64,000 nucleotides of DNA, taken from assembly GCA_030693235.1 (NCBI GenBank), contig JAUYBE010000006.1:139601-203600 (forward strand). The letters run 5' to 3'. Made by a program: the position numbers and the translations under genes. Below the pieces are notes generated by a model. That model was given only the letters and a program-made list of their open reading frames with translations, was not told the DNA's origin and ran no database searches. The stretch is from a bacterium. GTDB taxonomy: Bacteria > Patescibacteriota > Minisyncoccia > UBA6257 > UBA9933. Shown here in pieces: positions 27,211-35,911 of this stretch (positions within the stretch are counted from its first letter, which is position 1; each line of letters opens with the position of its first letter).

Positions 27211-28569
27211 ATGCTCGAAGACATTATTAAAGAAAGACAGTGTAAGTTGGAAAACCTTATTCAGGCGGGCATTGACCCTTATCCGTCAAAAATTAGGCGA
27301 ACGCTTTCCGTCGCCGAAGCTCTTAAAAAATTCAATCAATTATCGGCCGCTAAAAAATCGATTTTTCTCGTCGGCAGGATAATCGGTTTGCGTGACCAGG
27401 GCAACCTGATTTTTATTGATATAAAAGATGGGAGCGGATCGGCCTCAAAGGGGAATGAAGGCAAAATTCAAGCCGTTCTTAAAAAAAATAATCTTGCGAA
27501 TTTTAAAGTTCTGAAGCAAAATTTGGATATCGGCGATTTTTTGGAAATCGGCGGTCCGCTTTTTAAAACTTTAAAAGGCGAAAAAAGCGTTGATGTAAAA
27601 AAAGCCGAAATTATTGTTAAAAGCTTGCGGCCATTGCCGAGTCAGTGGCACGGACTTAAAGACGTTGAAGAACGATATCGTAAGCGGTATTTGGATATCA
27701 TCTTAAATCCGCAAATAAAAGAAAGCATACAGAAGCGCTCGGAAATCGTTCAAAAAATAAGAACCGATTTGTCAAAAGACGGTTTTTTGGAGGTGGAAAC
27801 GCCAATTTTACAATCTTTGGCCGGCGGCGCTTTGGCGCGGCCCTTTATCACCCATCACAACGCTTTAAACTGCGATTTTTATTTGAGAATCGCGCCCGAG
27901 CTTTATTTAAAAAGACTATTGGTTGCCGGTTTTGAAAAAATTTTTGAAATCGGACGGGTTTTTAGAAACGAGGGCATTGATCGGGAACACAACCCTGAAT
28001 TTACCATGCTGGAACTTTACTGGGCTTATCAGAATTGGGAAGGATTAATGAAATTTACAGAAAAACTTCTTAAAAAATTTATTCCCGGAAAATGGGAGAA
28101 AATCACTTACGGACAAGTTATTAAAAAATATACCAAACGCGACCTTAAAGATTTAAAGCCGGAAGAGATTGACGAAATTTTTAAAAAAGAAGCACGGCCG
28201 AAAATCATTAAACCGACCTTTGTCACTCATTACCCGAAATCAATTTCGCTTTTGGCGAAGTCTTGTTCGGATAATCCTGAATTGACTGAAAGATTTCAGT
28301 TGATAGTGGATGGTATGGAAATCGTTAATGGTTTTTCCGAATTAAACGACCCGATAGATCAGCGCGAGCGAATGAAGGAGCAAGAAAAAAAATATCATAA
28401 GGGCGACAAGGAAGCTTCGCGGCTGGACGAAGATTTTTTGGAGGCGATTGAATATGGTATGCCGCCGGCGGCCGGTCTCGGCATCGGCATAGATCGCACG
28501 GTCTCTTTAATTACCAAAAACCGCAACATCAAAGAAGTAATCATATTTCCGACATTAAAGCCAAAATAA
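27211..28569 (+). CDS. lysS: lysyl-tRNA synthetase (class II)
   Basis: FEIGRVFRNEGIDREHNPEFTMLELYWAY motif 2/3 region. Confidence 0.85.
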   Translation: MLEDIIKERQCKLENLIQAGIDPYPSKIRRTLSVAEALKKFNQLSAAKKSIFLVGRIIGLRDQGNLIFIDIKDGSGSASKGNEGKIQAVLKKNNLANFKVLKQNLDIGDFLEIGGPLFKTLKGEKSVDVKKAEIIVKSLRPLPSQWHGLKDVEERYRKRYLDIILNPQIKESIQKRSEIVQKIRTDLSKDGFLEVETPILQSLAGGALARPFITHHNALNCDFYLRIAPELYLKRLLVAGFEKIFEIGRVFRNEGIDREHNPEFTMLELYWAYQNWEGLMKFTEKLLKKFIPGKWEKITYGQVIKKYTKRDLKDLKPEEIDEIFKKEARPKIIKPTFVTHYPKSISLLAKSCSDNPELTERFQLIVDGMEIVNGFSELNDPIDQRERMKEQEKKYHKGDKEASRLDEDFLEAIEYGMPPAAGLGIGIDRTVSLITKNRNIKEVIIFPTLKPK

Positions 28570-28570
28570 T

Positions 28571-29833
28571 ATGTTAGATATTAATTTTATCCGTCAAAAT
28601 TCGGAAGAAGTCAAAAAAGGCGTTGCCGCCAAAAATGTAAATCCTCAATTAGTGGATGATTTTTTGGTTTTGGATAATGAATGGCGAGAGTTGGTCAAAG
28701 AAACCGATGATTTGCGGGCAGAACAGAAGAAGCTTTCCGAAGAGCGTAAAATCAATGAAGCAAAAGAATTAAAAAATAAAATTCAAAATCTGGAAGAAAG
28801 ATTGAAGCAAGTTGAAACCGAACGTCAGAAAATTTTATACCAATTGCCGAATTTGCCGTTAGAAGACGTACCGGTAGGCAAAAATGAAAGCGAAGATATT
28901 GTTTTACGCGAAGTGGGTGAAAAGTTAAGCTTTGACTTTGAACCGAAAGATTATTTGGAGCTCGCCGAAAAATTGGATTTAATTGACATTAAACGCGCTT
29001 CAAAAGTTTCAGGAAGCCGCTTCGGTTATTTAAAAAATCAAGCGGCGCTTTTGGAATTCGCTTTGATTAAATTAGCATTAGACACAGCGGCCAAACATGG
29101 ATTTACGCCGATTATTCCGCCGGTGATGATTAAAGAAGAAATGATGAAAGGAATGGGATATATTCAAAGTTCAATGTTAGACGAGGAAGTTTATTTTTTA
29201 AGAGACGATGATTTGGTTTTGGTTGGAACTTCCGAGCAGTCTCTCGGCCCGATGCATAGCGATGAGATTTTTGAAGAAAAAGATTTGCCCAAAAGATATG
29301 TGGCTTTTTCAACCTGTTTTCGCCGCGAAGCTGGTTCTTATGGAAAAGACACCAAAGGCATTTTAAGGGTTCATCAATTTGATAAAATAGAAATGTTTAT
29401 ATTTTCACTTCCAGAAAATTCATTAAAAGAACATCTGTTAATGCTGAAAATTGAGGAAGAATTAATGCGGGAATTAGGAATCCCTTATCGGGTTGTTCAG
29501 CTTTGCACGGGCGATATAGCTCAGCCGTCGGCTTCCACTTATGATATTGAGGCGTGGCTACCGGGCCAAAACAACGGCAAGGGCCAGTATCGTGAAACTC
29601 ACTCCACTTCCAATTGCACCGATTTCCAAGCCCGAAGATTAAATATCCGTTATAAACCCCTAAAACCTAAAACCCAAAACCTAAAACCTAATTACGTTCA
29701 CACCCTAAACGGCACCGCTTTCGCAATTGGCAGAATGCTTATCGCCATCATTGAAAATTACCAACAAAAAGACGGTTCGGTTTTAATGCCGAAAGTTTTG
29801 CAAAAGTACTTAGGATTCAAGAAAATTGAATAA
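28571..29833 (+). CDS. serS: seryl-tRNA synthetase carrying an in-frame family-A-like repeat insertion
   Basis: N-terminal coiled coil plus class II core (TCFRREAGSYG...HTLNGTAFAIGRMLIAIIENYQ). Confidence 0.85.
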   Translation: MLDINFIRQNSEEVKKGVAAKNVNPQLVDDFLVLDNEWRELVKETDDLRAEQKKLSEERKINEAKELKNKIQNLEERLKQVETERQKILYQLPNLPLEDVPVGKNESEDIVLREVGEKLSFDFEPKDYLELAEKLDLIDIKRASKVSGSRFGYLKNQAALLEFALIKLALDTAAKHGFTPIIPPVMIKEEMMKGMGYIQSSMLDEEVYFLRDDDLVLVGTSEQSLGPMHSDEIFEEKDLPKRYVAFSTCFRREAGSYGKDTKGILRVHQFDKIEMFIFSLPENSLKEHLLMLKIEEELMRELGIPYRVVQLCTGDIAQPSASTYDIEAWLPGQNNGKGQYRETHSTSNCTDFQARRLNIRYKPLKPKTQNLKPNYVHTLNGTAFAIGRMLIAIIENYQQKDGSVLMPKVLQKYLGFKKIE

Positions 29834-29894
29834 TCCACGCGACTCGAAGGAGATTTTGGAAATTATCCAACAAGAAAATTAGACGAATAAATTT

Positions 29895-30593
29895 ATGAAA
29901 ATTGATTACTGGCAAATTTTAAAAGCGACGTGGCCAATAGTAAAAGAGCTGTGGCCACTTTTGGTTATTCTTCTCGCCATTCTGATTATCAGATTATTTT
30001 TTTACTGGCTCGATTTAGAAATAAATAATTGGCGCATTAGACAAAAATTTGCAAAAGGCGAAAAATGGCGATCCGATCAAGATTTAATTCGATGGTTACG
30101 CGGTATGAAACCATCAGAATTTGAAGAATATATCGCTGATCTATTTCGGAGGCTTGGTTATAAAACGGAAGCAACTGGCGGATCGCATGATGGAGGAGTG
30201 GATGTAATAGCTGAAAGGGATGGTAAGAAACACTATATTCAATGCAAAAAGTATTTCTCGGAACATCAGGTAGGTTCTCCGGAGGTGCGGGAATTTTATG
30301 GAGCGATTGCTGATCATTTGGTAAATGGCGAGGCTTGGTATATTACAACTAATAAATTCACGCCCGAGGCAGAAAATTTCGCGAAAGATAAGCCAATTAT
30401 TCTTATTAACTCATTTGATTTAATTAAATATATTCATCAAGCAGAAAATAAAGGATTTGATAGTAAGCCCCAAAATGAAACAAGTTTAAAATGTCCCGAA
30501 TGCGGCGGCGTTCTTGTAGAACGAGATGGAAAATTTGGTAAATTTTTAGGTTGCTCAAATTATCCTAAGTGCGCGTATACGCAAAAGATTTAG
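29895..30593 (+). CDS. membrane-anchored Mrr-like restriction endonuclease domain fused to a C-terminal topoisomerase-type C4 zinc ribbon
   Basis: N-terminal TM helix. FRRLGY...GGSHDGGVDVIAE...YIQCKKY (PD-(D/E)xK Mrr_cat-like). CPECGG...CSNYPKC. Confidence 0.5.
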   Translation: MKIDYWQILKATWPIVKELWPLLVILLAILIIRLFFYWLDLEINNWRIRQKFAKGEKWRSDQDLIRWLRGMKPSEFEEYIADLFRRLGYKTEATGGSHDGGVDVIAERDGKKHYIQCKKYFSEHQVGSPEVREFYGAIADHLVNGEAWYITTNKFTPEAENFAKDKPIILINSFDLIKYIHQAENKGFDSKPQNETSLKCPECGGVLVERDGKFGKFLGCSNYPKCAYTQKI

Positions 30594-30732
30594 TTTTAAA
30601 AATTTCGCGGCCAATCAATATTTTCGAGAATGTCGAAATGTTTAGTAGTTTATTCCTTATGGTCTAATTCGCGCGAATAAGAGAATAGTTTCCCGCTTGT
30701 TTTAGGCGCTTTATAATTATAAAATTAAATCC

Positions 30733-31485
30733 ATGATCCAAAATGACATATATTTTAAAAAGATGAAAATAGTAATAAAAATAGGAAGCGCTGTTCTAAC
30801 TGATAGAAATTCGAAAATCAAAAAAGATGTTATTTTAAATATTACAAACCAAGTTTGTAAACTTATGAAAATAGGGCACAGCGTTTTGATTATTACGTCA
30901 GGAGCGATAGCGAGCTGTGGCAATAAAGCTTATCCGGAAAATCTAAAAGCAAGTATCGGTCAGCCAAAATTAATGAGTATTTATTCTAAGTTTTTTGGTG
31001 TTTTTAAGCAGGAAATAGCGCAATTTCTTTATACTCATCAAGATTTTAAGGACAAGAGGCGTGAATATGTGGGTAAAACCCTGAAAGAAGCCCTAAAAAG
31101 AGGTATTGTGCCAATAATCAATGCTAATGATGCGGTAACAAGCGAGGAAATCGACGCTTTGAAAGAATTTTCCGACAATGATATTTTGGCGCGCGATATC
31201 GCGTCGCTTGTTGATGCAGATATTCTTTTTATTCTCATTAAAGAGAAAGGCCTTATGAATTATAAAACAAAAAAGGTGATTTCAGAGATTAGTTTTAATC
31301 AGGCCAACCAATATATCAAAGATAATATTTTTTCCGGAAAAAGAGGGGGTATGAGAAGTAAGGTAAGAATAGCAAAACAACTGTGGCGTTCCGGCGTAAA
31401 AGTAAAACTTCTTCCCGGTTCTAAAAAAGATATTATTCTGAGATCCTTTGAAAACAAAAGAATTGGAACAATATTCAAACCTTAA
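30733..31485 (+). CDS. amino acid kinase family protein (glutamate 5-kinase-like, no PUA domain)
   Basis: IVIKIGSAVLTD...VLIITSGAIASCG resembles the ProB N-terminal motifs. Confidence 0.4.
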   Translation: MIQNDIYFKKMKIVIKIGSAVLTDRNSKIKKDVILNITNQVCKLMKIGHSVLIITSGAIASCGNKAYPENLKASIGQPKLMSIYSKFFGVFKQEIAQFLYTHQDFKDKRREYVGKTLKEALKRGIVPIINANDAVTSEEIDALKEFSDNDILARDIASLVDADILFILIKEKGLMNYKTKKVISEISFNQANQYIKDNIFSGKRGGMRSKVRIAKQLWRSGVKVKLLPGSKKDIILRSFENKRIGTIFKP

Positions 31486-31494
31486 AATTCAATT

Positions 31495-32361
31495 ATGAAA
31501 AGCAGCATATATTTTGACGAAAAATCGGAGCGGAGAAGAAAGCGGATGTTAAAAATCAAGATTTACGCGGGATTAGCGGCTTTTTTTGTTTTGCTCATCG
31601 GCGCGGGGTATTTGATCGTTTATTCTCCGCTATTTCAAATTAAAAACATTTCAATATTTCGGTCGTCCGACGACCGAAATTTGACATCGGACGTTCAGAA
31701 ATTAAAAGAAAATCTTAAAAATTTCTTTACCAACCAATCAAAAATTGCCGAATTTTTGGGCCCTGAAAATATTTTGATTTGGAAATCGGAAAAATCCGCT
31801 GAGTTTATAAAAAATTATCATCAAATCGCGGAATTGAAAATCGAAAAGCATTATTTGGGACGGGAAATAAAAATCAGCGTTTCGGAAAGAGAGCGATTTG
31901 GCATTTGGTGCTTCATAACGCGGAACTACGCGGAAGATAACGCGGAACTACGCGGAAATAGTCTGCGTGAGTCAGCATGCTGGTGGTTTGATAAAAAGGG
32001 TGTTATTTTTTCGGAAGCGTTGAAGGCGGAAGGGCAATTGATAAATAAAGTAGATGATTTTTCCGGCCGTTCCTTAAATCTCGGCGAACCGGTTCTTGAA
32101 GAAAAATTTCTTTCTAATTTGTTTAAAATTTTTGAAATTCTTGAAAAATCGGATTTGAAAATAAAATCGCTGAAATTGGAAAATCTTAAACTTCAAGAAG
32201 TTGTTACCGATTCGCCGTTAATGCCGAAAATCCATTTCAGCTTAAGAATTAATTCGGAATTCGCCTTAGCCGCTTTGGATTCCATCAAAAAAATCGGATT
32301 TAGTAAAATAGAGTATATCGATTTAAGAGTGGAGAATAGAGCATATTACAAACTTAAGTAA
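31495..32361 (+). CDS. hypothetical membrane-anchored protein, possibly FtsQ/DivIB-like (POTRA)
   Basis: Single N-terminal TM helix. IKISVSERERFGIWC resembles the POTRA beta-strand. Contains a tandem ACGCGGAA insertion. Confidence 0.25.
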   Translation: MKSSIYFDEKSERRRKRMLKIKIYAGLAAFFVLLIGAGYLIVYSPLFQIKNISIFRSSDDRNLTSDVQKLKENLKNFFTNQSKIAEFLGPENILIWKSEKSAEFIKNYHQIAELKIEKHYLGREIKISVSERERFGIWCFITRNYAEDNAELRGNSLRESACWWFDKKGVIFSEALKAEGQLINKVDDFSGRSLNLGEPVLEEKFLSNLFKIFEILEKSDLKIKSLKLENLKLQEVVTDSPLMPKIHFSLRINSEFALAALDSIKKIGFSKIEYIDLRVENRAYYKLK

Positions 32362-32365
32362 AATT

Positions 32366-34207
32366 TTATAGTTTGTAAATAAATATTGATTTACCCGCTT
32401 TAAAATCCGGCTGATACGGATTTTTTATTTCTTTCAGCCATTGGTATTCGTTTTCCGGACTTCTTGATTGGCCCGGATGAAGTTCGCCAAAAGCGTTTTG
32501 AAGAGTATTAATTGAAATCGCCAACCATCCAATATTTTCGTATTTCGGATTATTTTTCGATGATTGCCAATATTCAGCTTTATCTCCCAAATAATATTTC
32601 GGGTTGCCGCCGCCGAAATAATCAATGGCGATCTTTTTTATGTCATTGTTATAGTCATTGTCATTGTTTCTATCATTCACCCATTTAGCTAGTCGTTTCA
32701 AATCCTGACCCCAGTCGTAGTTAGAATCCACGGCGTAACGATAACCGTTATTTGTTCCGCCGGCGAATTGGTTGAAATAAGAAAGAAAATGAGGATAAAC
32801 CAACAAGGTTTCGGCAAAATACCAAACCATTAAAACGGCGATTAAAATTTTTTTAGTTTTTGCTTTTTTGCCATTAATCCATTTTTTAATCGCGCCGGCA
32901 GTTAAGATATAAATAAACGGCATTGTCGGCAGAATATGCCGAATACCGATATTCAACGGACTTTTAATACTGTAAAGCCAATAGAAAATCACAAATGAAA
33001 TCATTGCGAATTCGGCGAAATGAAGACCGAGATAGTCCATTAAACGACATTTGACATTTGACACTTGACATTTGACATTTTTAACAATTCTCCAAGAAGC
33101 AAAAATAAAAGCAAGAAGAATTAATATCAGCGACGGAATAGATTCTTTTAAAATAAAAAGTACTGGAAAATAATACCACCAACCAACTGCCGAAACTTCG
33201 CCCAAGAAATAACCGGTATTACCGCCGGATGAACGTTGCATCACCATTAAAACGCCGAGCATATATTCTCCAAGCGGCCTTAAAATTTTATTATTGGCCA
33301 TCCAAATATTAATTTCCGCCAAACATCGTAAATTCAGTTTACAGCTTTCCCAATTTGCGTCCGGGCCGCCGGCAAAAGAAGCTAAAGTGAATTTTGTGTC
33401 GGCAAACTGTTTTTCAATCGGATAATTAATCGTAAACAAGAAATAAACCGCGTAGACCAAGGCGTAGCCGATAATAAAAATCAATAAAAGCGCTTTAATA
33501 TAATGAAAAGCTTTATTTTGCTGTTTGTCGTAATAAATTTTCCAGATATAAAAAATAACGATTAAAAATATAAAAAACGGAATTAAAAGCACGGCAGAAA
33601 ATTTCATCAATTGGGCGACGCCGAAAGCCAAGCCGGCGAAAATTAAATATTTTTGCGACGGCCCAAGGAGAAATTTTACAAAATAATAAGTGGCGATGAA
33701 TATTCCCAGAGCCGCGCCGAGGTCAGTAGTAACATAATGGCCGTGAGCAAGTACGGTCGGAGAAAGGGAAAAGAGAAAAGCGGGAAACAGCGCCCACCAG
33801 CGGCCCATAAGTTCTTTTCCCCAAATATAAATAAAAATTATTAAGAGGAGAGTTAAAAGCATCGGGCCCAAACGCGACCACTGGATAATTTTATCGGCGT
33901 CGTTTCCGGATTCATATAAAAATTGGTTGCCGGCTTCCCATTGGCCGTTAATGTCATTTTGCCAAGCGGATTTGTCAGTCGGAAAATTCAACTTGTGAAA
34001 TAATAACGGCAAAGCGGCTAAAGTTTTTACCAAAGGCGGATGTTCGGGATTTAAACGATAATCCAGATATTTGACGTAGCCGTAGCCGGCCGGAATGTGC
34101 GCCAGTTCATCCATTGTGGCCGATTCCTGGAGAGAGGCGTTGAGCATCAAAAAAAATGACGCTGAAACAATCGCGGCCAACAAAAGCCAATTAATGTATT
34201 TATTCAT
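32366..34207 (-). CDS. GT-C fold membrane glycosyltransferase (GT39 / ArnT / PMT_2-like)
   Basis: About 12 TM helices. An N-terminal MDELAH first-loop acidic motif. Contains tandem CATTTGACA and TCATTG arrays. Confidence 0.55.
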   Translation of the reverse strand: MNKYINWLLLAAIVSASFFLMLNASLQESATMDELAHIPAGYGYVKYLDYRLNPEHPPLVKTLAALPLLFHKLNFPTDKSAWQNDINGQWEAGNQFLYESGNDADKIIQWSRLGPMLLTLLLIIFIYIWGKELMGRWWALFPAFLFSLSPTVLAHGHYVTTDLGAALGIFIATYYFVKFLLGPSQKYLIFAGLAFGVAQLMKFSAVLLIPFFIFLIVIFYIWKIYYDKQQNKAFHYIKALLLIFIIGYALVYAVYFLFTINYPIEKQFADTKFTLASFAGGPDANWESCKLNLRCLAEINIWMANNKILRPLGEYMLGVLMVMQRSSGGNTGYFLGEVSAVGWWYYFPVLFILKESIPSLILILLAFIFASWRIVKNVKCQVSNVKCRLMDYLGLHFAEFAMISFVIFYWLYSIKSPLNIGIRHILPTMPFIYILTAGAIKKWINGKKAKTKKILIAVLMVWYFAETLLVYPHFLSYFNQFAGGTNNGYRYAVDSNYDWGQDLKRLAKWVNDRNNDNDYNNDIKKIAIDYFGGGNPKYYLGDKAEYWQSSKNNPKYENIGWLAISINTLQNAFGELHPGQSRSPENEYQWLKEIKNPYQPDFKAGKSIFIYKL

Positions 34208-34228
34208 ACTAATGTTATAATTATAACA

Positions 34229-34552
34229 ATGATTTTAAAATTCGCAAAAGAAATTTCGTGGACGAAACACGCTCAAGCAAAGATGAGATTTTACGGATTA
34301 TCCGAGCAAAGGGTGCGTCGAGTTTTAAATTCGCCGAAAAGAACAGAGGAGGGGATTGCGCCGAATACCGTAGCGATGATGCAGCCCGCTTTAATTAAAA
34401 CTAAAGATGGCAAACAAACCTGGAGCCAGGAAATTTGGGTAATGGTTCAAAAGTTGAAAATTATAAGCGTTTGGAGATATCCGGGACGGACAAAACCCGG
34501 CGAGCCGCTGCCGGTCGATATTTTATCGGAAATAAAAGAATCGTTATTTTAA
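34229..34552 (+). CDS. DUF4258-like small protein (putative toxin-like)
   Basis: WTKHAQAKMRFYGLSEQRVRRVL resembles the DUF4258 tkHA..rM.eRgIs.eeV..vl N-terminal signature. Confidence 0.35.
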   Translation: MILKFAKEISWTKHAQAKMRFYGLSEQRVRRVLNSPKRTEEGIAPNTVAMMQPALIKTKDGKQTWSQEIWVMVQKLKIISVWRYPGRTKPGEPLPVDILSEIKESLF

Positions 34553-34822
34553 GTCTCTCCAGCGCGAAGGGTCGTTTAATTTTTTCCTTCTTTCTTCTTC
34601 AAATTCTTTTTTGGCGCGCACCACTCCGGTTGAATGATCAGATTCCGGAGCAAATTCTACTTTCTTTTTTGTTTCTATGGTTTCCTCGGGATCTTTTATT
34701 TCTTGAGGGTTTTTAAATTTTTCTTTTTCAAACATATTATAAAATACTTGAACGACCTTTATTATTTTTATATAATAACGCAAAAAGCGATTAACGTCAA
34801 CAAATATGGTATAATTATAATT

Positions 34823-35833
34823 ATGAAACTATCCATCGGTATTGTTGGTTTGCCGAATGTCGGCAAGTCAACGCTTTTTAAAATTTTAACCAAACAGGAA
34901 GTTAATATCGCCAATTATCCTTTTGCCACGATTGACCCGAATGTCGGGGTGGTGACAGTGCCGGACGAACGGCTGAAAAAATTAGCGAAATTAAGCAACT
35001 CTAAAAAAATCGTTCCGGCTATCGTAGAATTTTATGATATTGCCGGCCTGGTTAAAGGCGCGAACAAAGGCGAGGGTTTAGGCAATCAATTTTTAAGCCA
35101 TATCCGAGAAACAAACGCTATTATTCACATTGTTCGTTGTTTTAAAGCTTCAGAAATTATTCATGTTGAAAATGAAGTCAATCCTTTAAAGGATTTGAAA
35201 ATTATCAACACAGAATTGATTTTGAAAGATTTGGAAACCGTTGAAAAAAGATTTATCAGTCTTGAAAAAGAAATCAGAACCGGCGATAAACAGAAAATCA
35301 AAGATTTGGAAATCTTGAAAACAGTCAAAGAAAATTTAAATAAAAATATTTTGCCGATTAATTCGGGAGAAATCGCCGCCGAGCCGGCTGTAAAAGAATT
35401 GAATTTATTAACAGCCAAACCGCAGATTTATCTGTTGAACGGTGGCGAAGAAGATGTTGATTCGGAACTTAAAGAAAAAATTAAATCTTTAGGCGCCGAT
35501 TATTTAATCATTAATCTATCGACGTCCGACGTCGATAATATTGATAAGTTGATTAAAAAAGCTTATGAAATTTTAGGTTTAATCAGTTTCTTAACTACCG
35601 GCGAAGACGAGACGCGGGCTTGGACAATTAAAAAAGGCATCAAAGCGCCGCAGGCCGCCGGCGAAATTCATACGGATTTCGAAAAAAAATTCATTAAAGC
35701 AGAGGTGATTGAATGGAGCCGATTATTGGAAGTCGGAAGTTGGCAGCAGGCCAAGCAAAAGGGCCTTATTCGTTTGGAAGGCAAAGAATATATTATTCAA
35801 GATGGCGATGTCGTGGTGATAAAACATGGTTAG
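34823..35833 (+). CDS. ychF: ribosome-binding ATPase YchF (start placed at MKLSIGIVGLPNVGKST)
   Basis: G1 GLPNVGKST, G3 DIAGLV, TGS-like C-terminus. Confidence 0.85.
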   Translation: MKLSIGIVGLPNVGKSTLFKILTKQEVNIANYPFATIDPNVGVVTVPDERLKKLAKLSNSKKIVPAIVEFYDIAGLVKGANKGEGLGNQFLSHIRETNAIIHIVRCFKASEIIHVENEVNPLKDLKIINTELILKDLETVEKRFISLEKEIRTGDKQKIKDLEILKTVKENLNKNILPINSGEIAAEPAVKELNLLTAKPQIYLLNGGEEDVDSELKEKIKSLGADYLIINLSTSDVDNIDKLIKKAYEILGLISFLTTGEDETRAWTIKKGIKAPQAAGEIHTDFEKKFIKAEVIEWSRLLEVGSWQQAKQKGLIRLEGKEYIIQDGDVVVIKHG

Positions 35834-35911
35834 AATCACAAAATATAACACTTTTTAATAATTACTATGATATCAAACGATCGTGTGATATCATAGTAAT
35901 GCGTTTTTATT

